Made by a program: the position numbers and the translations under genes
NCBI GenBank assembly: GCA_946413245.1
Contig: CAMKJS010000005.1
Span: 5,845-69,844 of the forward strand
DNA: 64,000 nt
Direction: 5' to 3'
DNA from: an uncultured Clostridia bacterium
Lineage (GTDB): Bacteria > Bacillota > Clostridia > Christensenellales > Aristaeellaceae
The notes under the pieces: generated by a model
Database searches by the model: none
Told to the model about the DNA's origin: nothing
Seen by the model: the letters and a program-made list of their open reading frames with translations, nothing else
Shown here: positions 30,794 through 40,137 of the stretch, one piece after another
How the letters are laid out: the number at the start of each line of letters is the position of its first letter
Numbering within the stretch: position 1 is the first letter of the stretch

Positions 30794-32593
30794 GTGCATA
30801 TGCTGAACGGATCTCTGGCGCTTGAAACAGTCAAAAAGGTGACGGGAATCACATTGCCTTTCCGGGTCGCAGCGGAGGAAGGACCGGGGCTGCGGGTCTG
30901 CTGGGACGGCGGGGAGGAAGCGCGGATTACGGCGGAGGATCAGGCGGCGCTGAGCCGCGGCGTATTCCTGCTTTCCCGGGCCGTGAAGGAAAACCGGAAA
31001 GCGCTGAACAAGGCGGAAACGAGGCATTTCGCGCATTGCGGCGCGATGCTGGATATGTCCCGCAACGGGGTGATGACCGTGGAGGGCGTGAAGCGGTGGA
31101 TCGACCATCAGGCGGCCATCGGGCTGAATCTCCTGATGCTCTATACGGAGGACACCTACACCATTCCCGAATATCCCTATTTCGGATATCTGCGGGGCCG
31201 GTATACCGAAGCGGAGCTGAAGTGTATCGACGCCTACGCGGCGGAGCGTGGCGTGGAGCTGATTCCCTGTGTGCAGACGCTGGGGCATATGCGGCAGTTC
31301 CTCCAGTGGCCGGCTTCCGGTCCCCTGCGGGATCAGGGAGATATACTGCTGATCGACAGCGAGGAGACCTATCGCTTCCTGGACGCGATGCTGGCCTCCC
31401 TGGCGGCCTGCTTCACCTCCCGCCGGATTCATATCGGCATGGACGAGGCGCACGGCGTAGGCCTGGGCCGGTATCTTATGGAGCACGGGTATTCGGACCG
31501 CTTTGAGCTGCTGACCAGGCATCTGAACCGGGTCGTGGAGCTGTGCTCGAAGTACGGCTTTAAGCCGATGATGTGGAGCGACATGTTCTTCCGCCTGGGC
31601 TCCAGGACCAACGAATACGTGGATCTGGACAACCATATTCCGGATCAGGTGATCGCGTCCCTGCCCCCGGTGGAGCAGGTATACTGGGATTATTATCATA
31701 CGGAGGAGATCGTCTACGACCGGATGATGGCGGAGCACAGCCGCATGGGGCGGGCGGTGTACGCCGGTGGCGTATGGACCTGGGCCGGCTTCCTGCCGGA
31801 CCGGGAGAAGACGCTCCGCACCATGATTCCCGGGCTTCGGGTCGCCGCCCGGCGGAATACGGACACCGTGTTTGCCACGCTCTGGGGAGACGACGGCGCG
31901 GAAACGGATTATCTGATGGCGGTGGACCGCTTCACGCTGTTCTCGGAGGCCTGCTGGACCGGGGGAGACTTCGATCCGGAGGAATGCGAGCTGGCGGCGG
32001 AATGCCTGACCGGGATGCCCCGGGAGCTTCGCTCCGCCTGGGACTGCTTCTACGCGGACACCTGGAACGCCAGCACCGGTAAAGCGCTGCTCTGGAGCGA
32101 TCCGCTCTATTCCTACGGCATCAGCGAGGAACGGAAGGAAAAGGAGCTTGCCGGCGCCGCGGAAGCTCTGAAAATTCTGGACGCTTATCCCGCCTTCGCG
32201 GACCGGACCGATATCCGGTATACCCGCTGCGTGTTTACGGCGCTGGCCCGCAAGACCGCGCTGATCCGGAACCTGCGGGAGGCGTATGAAAAGAAGGACC
32301 TGGAGGCGCTGCGGAGAATCGCCGGGCAGGATATCCCGGAAACGGCCGACGCCTACCGTGAACTGATGAAGGCTCACCGCGCGCTGTGGGAGCTGAACCG
32401 CAAACGCCAGGGCTGGGAGGTCCTAGCGCTGCGGTACGGCGGCGCTGTGGCCCGGCTGGAGGACGTGGCGGACGAGGTGCAGCGGTATCTGGACGGAGCC
32501 CTCTCCGCGATTCCGGAGCTGGAGGAACCGATCCTTCCGGACAACAAGGGCGATCATTACGACTCGGTTTCCACGCCGTCGGCGAAATCCTGA
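30794..32593 (+). CDS. GH20 beta-N-acetylhexosaminidase
   Basis: MLDMSRNGV, LYTED, IPCVQTLGH and catalytic HIGMDEA; the start could be ATG 30800. Confidence 0.9.
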   Translation: MHMLNGSLALETVKKVTGITLPFRVAAEEGPGLRVCWDGGEEARITAEDQAALSRGVFLLSRAVKENRKALNKAETRHFAHCGAMLDMSRNGVMTVEGVKRWIDHQAAIGLNLLMLYTEDTYTIPEYPYFGYLRGRYTEAELKCIDAYAAERGVELIPCVQTLGHMRQFLQWPASGPLRDQGDILLIDSEETYRFLDAMLASLAACFTSRRIHIGMDEAHGVGLGRYLMEHGYSDRFELLTRHLNRVVELCSKYGFKPMMWSDMFFRLGSRTNEYVDLDNHIPDQVIASLPPVEQVYWDYYHTEEIVYDRMMAEHSRMGRAVYAGGVWTWAGFLPDREKTLRTMIPGLRVAARRNTDTVFATLWGDDGAETDYLMAVDRFTLFSEACWTGGDFDPEECELAAECLTGMPRELRSAWDCFYADTWNASTGKALLWSDPLYSYGISEERKEKELAGAAEALKILDAYPAFADRTDIRYTRCVFTALARKTALIRNLREAYEKKDLEALRRIAGQDIPETADAYRELMKAHRALWELNRKRQGWEVLALRYGGAVARLEDVADEVQRYLDGALSAIPELEEPILPDNKGDHYDSVSTPSAKS

Positions 32594-32622
32594 GAATCAT
32601 TCGCTGCGGAGGGCGGCGCAGG

Positions 32623-32680
32623 TTGCCCCGCAAGGGAAAATACCCTATAATAACAGGTACGGACAATCGCTGTACCTGTT
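32623..32680 (+). promoter_or_regulatory. sigmaA promoter followed directly by an inverted-repeat operator
   Basis: TTGCCC-N17-TATAAT (32623-32651); aacaggtac-N11-gtacctgtt (32652-32680). Confidence 0.65.
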
Positions 32681-32708
32681 GTTTGTTATATGGGGAAAGA
32701 AGGCTTTT

Positions 32709-33953
32709 ATGGCGTACTATGAGCTGATCAAGAATTTTGACCGGATCCGCGATTATATGCGGGAGTTCTACCTCTACGGCTTTAAGAGCCGGAACGAATA
32801 TACCAGGAAGAGCGCCCGCTCCTATGACGACGAACGGCGGCGGGTGGAAAGCTGGCTGGGGGATTATATGTCCTTCCGGCAGACGCCGGAAGGGAAAAAC
32901 GTTTTTCTCTCCATCGACAGCCGGGTATCTCAGCACAATCCGCTGTACGCGGCCTGGAAAACCAAGAGCTTCACGGACGGGGATATCACGCTGCACTTCA
33001 TTCTCTTCGACATTCTGCGCGATCCGGATACCGCGCTGACGCTGAGCGAACTGAGCGACAGAATCGACGAATATCTGTCCGGCTTTGAGGAGCCGAAGAT
33101 GTTCGACGAATCCACGATCCGGAAAAAGCTGAATGAATACGCGGAGGAGGGAATCATCCTCCGGGAAAAGCGGGGGAAAACCCTGTATTACCGGCGTGCC
33201 GGGTATGCACAGCTTCCGGACGCGGACGTGCTGGACTTCTTTTCGGAAGCCGCCCCCTGCGGGGTCGTCGGCTCCTTTCTGCTGGATAAGACGCCGCCCC
33301 ACGCGGATCGCTTCGCGTTCAAGCATCACTATATTACCGCCGCGATGGACAGCGAAATCATCTGCTCGCTGTTTACCGCCATGGGGGAGAAAAGAACCGT
33401 CGAGATGCAGGTGATTCAGCGCCGCAGTGACCGGACGACCGAAAGTCAGGTGGTTCCGCTGCGCATCCGGGTCAGCGTCCAGAGCGGGAGGCAGTACCTG
33501 CTGGCGTATGTGCCCCGGCTCGGCAGGATTACTTCCTTCAGGACGGACAACATCATTTCCGTCAGGCCCGGAGAACCCTGTGAACAGTTCGATACGCACC
33601 GCCGGGAGCTGGATCGGATGATCCCCCGCCTGTGGGGAATCAGCATGCCCGTCTCCGCGGATCAGCCGCCGGAGCATATCTCCTTCACAGTGGAATATGG
33701 CTATCACGAATCCCATATCCACCGGCGGCTGGAGCGGGAGAAACGGTGCGGCACTGTGGAGAAGCTCAGCGAAAACAGCAGCCGCTTCAGCGCGGACGTA
33801 TACGACACCCTGGAAATGCTCCCGTGGATCCGGACCTTTATCTGCCGGATTACAGCCTTTGAATGCTCCAACAGGGAAGTCGAAGCCCGGTTCCGGGAGG
33901 ATCTGCTGCGGATGTATCGGATGTACGGGCTGGAAGGCGGTGAGGGCGAATGA
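32709..33953 (+). CDS. WYL-domain transcriptional regulator (wHTH-WYL-WCX)
   Basis: Central wHTH (LTLSEL...DESTIRKKLNEY..EG); VVPLRI...GRQYLLAY...SFRTDNI WYL motif; MLPWIRTF. Confidence 0.88.
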   Translation: MAYYELIKNFDRIRDYMREFYLYGFKSRNEYTRKSARSYDDERRRVESWLGDYMSFRQTPEGKNVFLSIDSRVSQHNPLYAAWKTKSFTDGDITLHFILFDILRDPDTALTLSELSDRIDEYLSGFEEPKMFDESTIRKKLNEYAEEGIILREKRGKTLYYRRAGYAQLPDADVLDFFSEAAPCGVVGSFLLDKTPPHADRFAFKHHYITAAMDSEIICSLFTAMGEKRTVEMQVIQRRSDRTTESQVVPLRIRVSVQSGRQYLLAYVPRLGRITSFRTDNIISVRPGEPCEQFDTHRRELDRMIPRLWGISMPVSADQPPEHISFTVEYGYHESHIHRRLEREKRCGTVEKLSENSSRFSADVYDTLEMLPWIRTFICRITAFECSNREVEARFREDLLRMYRMYGLEGGEGE

Positions 33954-34882
33954 TCTTCAGCGAACTGTACAGCGCGTACTACAATGCGGTCGCCCGCATC
34001 CTGAAGGAAGCCTGCGCGCATCCTCTCTCCAAAGCGGAGCTGCGGAGAATCGTCGGGCAGGAAGCGTTCGGGGAAAGCCTGCTGACGATCGAGCCGGCGA
34101 TTCTGGATGAGCGGTGGCAGCTGCTGAACGCGGACGGGACGACGCCCCTCCGGCATGAGCCGACCATGCCGCTGACCTTGCTGCAGCGCAGATGGCTGAA
34201 GGCAATCAGCCTGGATCCGCGCATCCGTCTCTTCCCGGATCTCTGCCCGGAGGATCCGGAGGCGGAACCTCTGTTCCGACAGGAGGACGTCGACGTTTTT
34301 GACCGGTACGCGGACGGGGATCCGTATGAGGATGAAACCTATATCCGGCATTTCAGAATGATCCTGGCCGCGGTCAGGGACCGGCAGCCGCTGTGGATCG
34401 AGGCAGTCAGTCCGAACGGGAAGGAGAATCATTATATCGTCACACCGGAGCTCCTGGAATACTCCGAAAAGGACGATAAGTTCCGGCTTGTGTGCCACGG
34501 CTTTTCCCATCTGTTTATCAATCTGGGCAGAATCACCCGCTGTGAACGCTATGCCGGGCCAATTCATTATCCGGAAGATCCTCCTGCCACGCCGAAAAAA
34601 AAGACAGTGACGCTGGAACTGGTCAACGAGCGGAACGCGCTGGAACGGGTGATGATGCATTTCGCGCATTTTGAAAAACAGGCGGAGCGGCTGGACGACC
34701 GGCATTACAGGATCCTGATCACCTACAGCGAGGAGGACGAAACGGAAATGCTCATCCGCATCCTGGCCTTCGGCCCCGTGGTGAAGGTGATCTCCCCGGA
34801 AAGCTTTACAGAACTGATCAGGGAAAGACTGAGAAAGCAGATGAAGCTTCAGGACGGCCTGTTCGCACCAAATATTCCGTGA
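33950..34882 (+). CDS. Second WYL-domain protein (WYL-WCX)
   Basis: VTPELLEYSEKDDKFRL...INLGRI; WCX-like RILAFGPVVKVISPESF...IRE; ATGA overlap with the upstream WYL gene. Confidence 0.85.
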   Translation: MIFSELYSAYYNAVARILKEACAHPLSKAELRRIVGQEAFGESLLTIEPAILDERWQLLNADGTTPLRHEPTMPLTLLQRRWLKAISLDPRIRLFPDLCPEDPEAEPLFRQEDVDVFDRYADGDPYEDETYIRHFRMILAAVRDRQPLWIEAVSPNGKENHYIVTPELLEYSEKDDKFRLVCHGFSHLFINLGRITRCERYAGPIHYPEDPPATPKKKTVTLELVNERNALERVMMHFAHFEKQAERLDDRHYRILITYSEEDETEMLIRILAFGPVVKVISPESFTELIRERLRKQMKLQDGLFAPNIP

Positions 34883-34959
34883 TTCTGTCCGAAATATGCG
34901 GATAATGGGAGATGCGGACAGAAACCGTCTGCGAATCCAAAACGGAAGGGTGATACGCA

Positions 34960-36189
34960 ATGCTGGAAATCAGGGGAAAGGTTGCCACAGCGATCTGCTA
35001 CGCAAAGGTGATCGATGAAAATGCCGTCGAACAGATCCGTACCATGTGCGATTATGAGCTCACCGCCGGAAGCCGCGTCCGGATCATGCCGGACGTCCAT
35101 GCGGGTAAAGGCTGCACCATCGGAACAACCATGACGGTGGCGGACAAGGTGTGCCCGAACATCGTCGGCGTCGACATCGGCTGCGGCATGTATACCGTGA
35201 AGCTGAACGATCGGGAGCTCGATTTTGTGCGGATCGACGAAGCGGTCCATTCCATCCCATCCGGCATGAGCGTGCGGGAGACCAAAGCGGAGGAATTCGG
35301 CCTGGCGGATCTTCGCTGCTATGCGGCGCTGAAGGATGTGCCGCGGCTGGAATGTTCCCTGGGAACCCTCGGCGGAGGAAACCATTTCATCGAAATCGAC
35401 CGGACCGCTGACGGAACATATTATCTGGTCATTCATTCCGGGAGCCGGAACCTGGGGAAGCAGGTCGCGGAATATTATCAGCAGCTGGCGATCGACCGCT
35501 TCACCGGGAAGGATCGCCTTCCGCAGGAACGGCTGGAAATGATCCGGAGCTATAAGGAGCAGGGACGGGAGTCCGAGATCGAGGAAGCGCTGAAGCAGCT
35601 GAAGCATAAGTATGAAACAGCGGCCTTGTCGGTTCCGGCGGAGCTGTGCTGGCTGGAGGGAACAGGCCTGCAGGATTATCTCCATGACGTCGGGATCTGC
35701 CAGCGGTTCGCGCGGCGGAGCCGTGAAATCATGGCGGAGGTCATCCTGCGGGAGACCGGGCTAACTGCTTCTGAATCTTTCCACACCATCCATAACTATA
35801 TCGATACGGAGGAAATGATCCTTCGCAAGGGCGCGATTGCGGCTCACAAGGGGGAAAAGATCCTGATCCCGATCAACATGCGGGACGGCTCCGTAATCGC
35901 AATCGGAAAGGGAAATCCGGAATGGAATTACTCCGCGCCGCACGGAGCGGGACGTATCATGTCCCGGTCAAAGGCAAAGAGCTCCATTGATCTGGAAGAA
36001 TACCGGAAGGCCATGGAAGGCATCTATTCCACCTCTGTCAACGAGCGCACTCTGGACGAGGCGCCCATGGCGTACAAGTCCCTGGAGGACATTATCGGTG
36101 TGATCGGCGAGTCCGTCGACATCGTCGAAATCATGAAGCCCGTGTACAACTTCAAAGCCTCGGAGGAGGAACCCGACTGGAAGAAGTAA
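34960..36189 (+). CDS. rtcB: RtcB-family RNA 3'-phosphate/5'-OH ligase
   Basis: MPDVHAGKG, VGVDIGCG, GTLGGGNHFIE, IHSGSR, HNY, RKGA, SAPHGAGR, DEAPMAYK. Confidence 0.95.
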   Translation: MLEIRGKVATAICYAKVIDENAVEQIRTMCDYELTAGSRVRIMPDVHAGKGCTIGTTMTVADKVCPNIVGVDIGCGMYTVKLNDRELDFVRIDEAVHSIPSGMSVRETKAEEFGLADLRCYAALKDVPRLECSLGTLGGGNHFIEIDRTADGTYYLVIHSGSRNLGKQVAEYYQQLAIDRFTGKDRLPQERLEMIRSYKEQGRESEIEEALKQLKHKYETAALSVPAELCWLEGTGLQDYLHDVGICQRFARRSREIMAEVILRETGLTASESFHTIHNYIDTEEMILRKGAIAAHKGEKILIPINMRDGSVIAIGKGNPEWNYSAPHGAGRIMSRSKAKSSIDLEEYRKAMEGIYSTSVNERTLDEAPMAYKSLEDIIGVIGESVDIVEIMKPVYNFKASEEEPDWKK

Positions 36190-36277
36190 TCGCGCGGTTC
36201 CCGCCGCCCCGGCGCCGCCGCACCTGGCCCCTTTCGCCGGTCACGGGGACGGTCGAAAGCGGGAAAAGGTACGACCG

Positions 36278-36318
36278 GAAAAAAGCACGATCTGCAGATG
36301 ACAGAATCGTGCTTTTTT
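36278..36318. terminator. Bidirectional intrinsic terminator
   Basis: aaaaaagcacgat...atcgtgctttttt between convergent genes. Confidence 0.75.
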
Positions 36319-36319
36319 C

Positions 36320-36517
36320 TTACCGACTGATTGCGTTAATGTGCTCCTCCGGGGCCTGCAGGACGTTCCAGCACAGGGCGGCTCCCTCGAACCCGTGTTC
36401 CCTGATTGCCTCCAGCGATTCCTGAATGTATCCGGGGTCTGTCTTCTTCATGACGTCTTCGGCTGTTACGGCGGCTGCGTTCCAGAAGCCGGAAAAAACC
36501 TGCAGGATATATTTCAT
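36320..36517 (-). pseudogene. 65-aa ORF, probably an internally deleted remnant of a larger TIM-barrel-like protein
   Basis: GGAG RBS; N-terminal strand MKYILQVFSG joined to a barrel-end-like segment YIQESLEAIREHGFEGAALCWN. Confidence 0.45.
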
Positions 36518-36690
36518 GACTGTCTCCCTGTTTGCGTGCTGCGATGCTGAAATTTTGCAGCATCCGGAAGGCACTACGATGCTGAAATTTTTAAACATCC
36601 GATTTGGTAAACTGCGTACAGTCGGAGGGTTGGGGAGATTTCAGAAGGCCTGACAGTCTCCGGAACAGCGAAGTACGGGAGGTATGAACG

Positions 36691-37005
36691 ATGACCGGCA
36701 CAGTTCGGGGAATGACGTGGAAAGAGATCGCGGAGGAGCTGACGAAGGATTTTATGGCCTGGGGCTGCCCGTTCAGCCGGAAGGCGCTCCCTGAGATCGC
36801 CATGGGGTATGACTGCACGCCGCTGTTCTTCTGGAACTGGATGGACGACGATCCGGAAACGCCCAGAAGCGAGAAGGGCTTCCTGCGTGTGCTGGGCTAT
36901 GCCTGGCGGAAATCCATGCAGGAGGAAGCGGAGCCTGCTCCGTGCCGTGCGGACGCCGCGGCAGCAGCCGACGTAAATGCGGATACCGGCAGAAGAGCAG
37001 CCTGA
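36691..37005 (+). CDS. Small hypothetical protein
   Basis: GGAGGT RBS 7 nt upstream; host-like codon use. Confidence 0.65.
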   Translation: MTGTVRGMTWKEIAEELTKDFMAWGCPFSRKALPEIAMGYDCTPLFFWNWMDDDPETPRSEKGFLRVLGYAWRKSMQEEAEPAPCRADAAAAADVNADTGRRAA

Positions 37006-37022
37006 CGGAAAAGGGGAGAGTC

Positions 37023-38195
37023 TTACCGCTGCAGTCCTTTGTAGACCAGGTCCCGGACCCGGGGATGAATCACGCTGTAACCTTCAAAGAAGTTCAGAAT
37101 GTGCTCCACATAGAAGATGCTGACGTGGTTGAAAGGATCGATGACGCCGTAGCCGCCGGCGGCGCCGTCCCAGCCGAATTCCCCGACCGGAGACCAGCCG
37201 AGGATACTGTCGACCTTGACCCGGACGCCCAGGCCGTACGCATACTCCAGGAAGCGGCCGGAGCGGAATTCCCGGGTGGCCTCCCCGGTGGTGACCGAGT
37301 GGGTAAAGCGCAGAACGCTTTCTTTTGTCAGGATCCGCGCGCCGTTCCGCCCGACGCCTTCGTTTGCCAGTGCCTCGAGCACCGCGGAATACGCGTCCGC
37401 CGTTCCGGCCAGCGCCGCGCCGCCGCTCTCGTAGTTCGGGGTGATCATATAGGCGTTGTTGGCGTCCGGCTCATATTTCATCTCGTGGGTATCCGGCTGA
37501 TACACATACATCGCGCTCAGCCGCGCCTGCTGTTCCGGCGTCATATGGCAGGTAAGGTCCGTGATGCCGAGGGGCGCAAAGATGTGCCGGTTCAGATAAT
37601 CGCTGAAGCGCTCCCCGCTGATGACTTCCACCACCGCCGCGATGATGTCGTGACCGAGGGAATACTTGTAATGGGTGCCGGGCTCAAAGAGCAGCGGCAT
37701 CCGGGCGATGGCGGCGACGACCTCCCGGGTGGTGGCCTCCGGCTTCCCGGCCAGCAGCTCCTGAATGGCTTCCGAATGCATATCATAGGTCAGGCCCGCC
37801 ATCATGGACATGCAGTCGATGATCCGCACCCGGTTTTTCGCGTAATGGGAAGGTTCCGACAGCTTCGGGCTGAAGAAGTAGTCCTTGGTTTTGTAATCCG
37901 CGTTCATCACGGTCATGGCTTCCCACTCGGGCAGGAAATGGCTGACGGGATCGTACAGGCTGGCTTTTCCGGCCTCGATCAGCTGCATCATGGCGGTCAT
38001 GGTGACCACCTTGGTGCAGGAATACAGCAGATAGAAATCCCGGTCGCTGACCGGCTTTTTCTTTTCCGGATCCGAATGGCCGACCATCCGGCGGAAAACC
38101 GTTTCATGGTCCCGGGTGACGATCACGTCCAGCCCGGGAATGCCGTATTCCTCTTCCAGGGAATCCAGATATTGCTCCAGCAGATGGAAATTCAT
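37023..38195 (-). CDS. Serine hydrolase, beta-lactamase/esterase family VIII
   Basis: SxxK (YSCTK), PLLFEPGTHYKYS, YGLG, FGWDGAAG; AGGAGG RBS before 38195. Confidence 0.9.
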   Translation of the reverse strand: MNFHLLEQYLDSLEEEYGIPGLDVIVTRDHETVFRRMVGHSDPEKKKPVSDRDFYLLYSCTKVVTMTAMMQLIEAGKASLYDPVSHFLPEWEAMTVMNADYKTKDYFFSPKLSEPSHYAKNRVRIIDCMSMMAGLTYDMHSEAIQELLAGKPEATTREVVAAIARMPLLFEPGTHYKYSLGHDIIAAVVEVISGERFSDYLNRHIFAPLGITDLTCHMTPEQQARLSAMYVYQPDTHEMKYEPDANNAYMITPNYESGGAALAGTADAYSAVLEALANEGVGRNGARILTKESVLRFTHSVTTGEATREFRSGRFLEYAYGLGVRVKVDSILGWSPVGEFGWDGAAGGYGVIDPFNHVSIFYVEHILNFFEGYSVIHPRVRDLVYKGLQR

Positions 38196-38447
38196 CGAAA
38201 TACGCCTCCTGGTTTTTTTCAGTCTTCTCTTCCGTGACGGCAGGCCGGGAATTCCGGTGCCTGCGCTTCCACGCATATTGTACCTGAAGTCCGCTCGCTT
38301 TTCCACTCCCGCGGCGGGGGAAAAGCAGTAAATTTCCGATTGTAGCGTTTCACTGCGAAAAAACGCTTTTGCCGTTGCATTTTTCAGCATGCCGATATAC
38401 AATAAAACAGCATTGATGGCTCGAATGCGGGATGAACGGGAGGCTCG

Positions 38448-38762
38448 ATGAAAATGTCCGCCACGATTTTTGAAAAACAGGGCAGTCTGCTGACTGTCAG
38501 GCCTGAAGGACGCCTGGATACTGCCGGCGCGCCTGAACTGGGGAGAGAACTGCAGCCGCGTCTGACGGACGTTCAGGAGCTGATCATGGATTTCGAGCGG
38601 GTGGAGTATATTTCCTCCGCCGGGATCCGGATACTGCTTACCGCGGATCAGACCGTGGAGGAACACGGCGGAAGCATGAAGCTGATTCACGTCAGCGAGT
38701 ATATCCGGGAGATTCTGGATCTGGTGGGCTTCACGGATCTTGTGACGGTTGAGGAGGACTGA
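38448..38762 (+). CDS. STAS-domain anti-anti-sigma factor
   Basis: GRLD; MDFERVEYISSAGIRILL phospho-serine motif. Confidence 0.92.
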   Translation: MKMSATIFEKQGSLLTVRPEGRLDTAGAPELGRELQPRLTDVQELIMDFERVEYISSAGIRILLTADQTVEEHGGSMKLIHVSEYIREILDLVGFTDLVTVEED

Positions 38763-38812
38763 CGGACGGATTCGTTTCTGTCAGGATGGAACACGTCTGT
38801 ATAAAAACATCA

Positions 38813-40054
38813 TCAATCCAGCGAATACATACCTTCCGCCTTTTTCCGGTCGGTGATCCACCGTCCGCCGGTAAAGTCAGGGACAGGCACATTCAGTCCG
38901 CCCATCGCGATGGAATGCTCGCTCAGCGCGGTGACGGACATCCAGGCCGCCGTGTCGTATACGTCGATGGGCGGCTGTGTTTGGTTCTGCACGCTTTCAA
39001 TATATGCCCGGATCACCAGGTAATCCGCGCCGCCGTGTCCGCCCCGCAGGCCGTATTCCTCGTATTCCTTCCAGAGGGGATGCTTGTATTCGGCCATGTA
39101 CTTTTCGTCGCTTTCCCAGCGGTGATCCCAGTACGAGGGATCCGCGGGGCTGATACCGTCCAGATAGATCGTGCGCGTGTCTTCCATCCAGATTCCCCTG
39201 GTTCCCTGAATGCGGCCGCCGCGGGAGTAGGGGCGCGGCAGGGTGCAGTCGTGGGTCAGAAGGATGGTTTCGCCGTTGGCGCAGGTGATGATCGTGTTCA
39301 CGATGTCCCCTTCGTGCACCGGTGCGCCGGCAAGGGCTGAATCCGCCCGGTGCTCTGTAAACCAGGCATGCAGACCGGCTGCTTTGGAAGCGACGCTGAC
39401 CAGGCTTACCATGCGGTTTCCGCGGTTGATGCTGAGATACCGGGCAATGGGCCCCAGCTCATGGGTGGGATACAGCTCCGCGTTCCGGTGCAGGAAATGC
39501 CGCTGGCGGTAGTGGCGGGTGACGTCGCCGTTGCCGATCTCATCCCGCAGATCGTGCTGGTAGCCGCCCTGCACGTGCACCAGCTCTCCGAATACGCCGT
39601 GGCGGATCATATTCAGCAGGGTCATTTCCTCCCGGCAGTAGCAGCAGTTTTCCAGAAGCATGACCGGCACGCCGCTGATTTCGCTCGTACGGACCAGCTC
39701 CCAGCATTCTTCCACGCTGTTGGCGCCGCCTACCTCCAGGGCGGGCCGGATGCCGCTGCGGATGGCGTCCAGGGCGATGCGGATATGTGATTCCCAGTTG
39801 GAGAAGATGAATACACCCTCAATATCGTTCCGGCCGGTTACCTCCCGGTCGTCCGTCGCGGCGTCCGGCCTGAAGCCGCAGGCGTCCTCGACGATGCGGA
39901 CAGCCTGATCCACCCTGTCCGGCCAGGGATCGCAGACCGCGGCGATTTCCACATCCTTCATCTGCACCAGTTCGGACAGATGCCACATTCCCCGTTTTCC
40001 CAGGCCGATCACGCCGAACCGGACCTTTCGCCCAACGTCGCCCATACGCATCAT
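38813..40054 (-). CDS. Gfo/Idh/MocA oxidoreductase, GH109-like NAD-dependent glycosidase
   Basis: GVIGLGKRG, MLLENCCY, GGYQHD, LYPTH.LGP, PRPYSR, GGHGGAD, DVYD.AAW. Confidence 0.85.
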   Translation of the reverse strand: MMRMGDVGRKVRFGVIGLGKRGMWHLSELVQMKDVEIAAVCDPWPDRVDQAVRIVEDACGFRPDAATDDREVTGRNDIEGVFIFSNWESHIRIALDAIRSGIRPALEVGGANSVEECWELVRTSEISGVPVMLLENCCYCREEMTLLNMIRHGVFGELVHVQGGYQHDLRDEIGNGDVTRHYRQRHFLHRNAELYPTHELGPIARYLSINRGNRMVSLVSVASKAAGLHAWFTEHRADSALAGAPVHEGDIVNTIITCANGETILLTHDCTLPRPYSRGGRIQGTRGIWMEDTRTIYLDGISPADPSYWDHRWESDEKYMAEYKHPLWKEYEEYGLRGGHGGADYLVIRAYIESVQNQTQPPIDVYDTAAWMSVTALSEHSIAMGGLNVPVPDFTGGRWITDRKKAEGMYSLD

Positions 40055-40137
40055 AGCAAGCTCTCCTTATTCACATGGATATTCCGGCCTTCAGTTTCTG
40101 CTCCGGGGAAAAGCATATATCATGATTCATACCGGTG

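Noticed and set aside
37023-38195. Antibiotic-resistance beta-lactamase call
   Set aside because: No signal peptide; motifs fit cytoplasmic family VIII esterases
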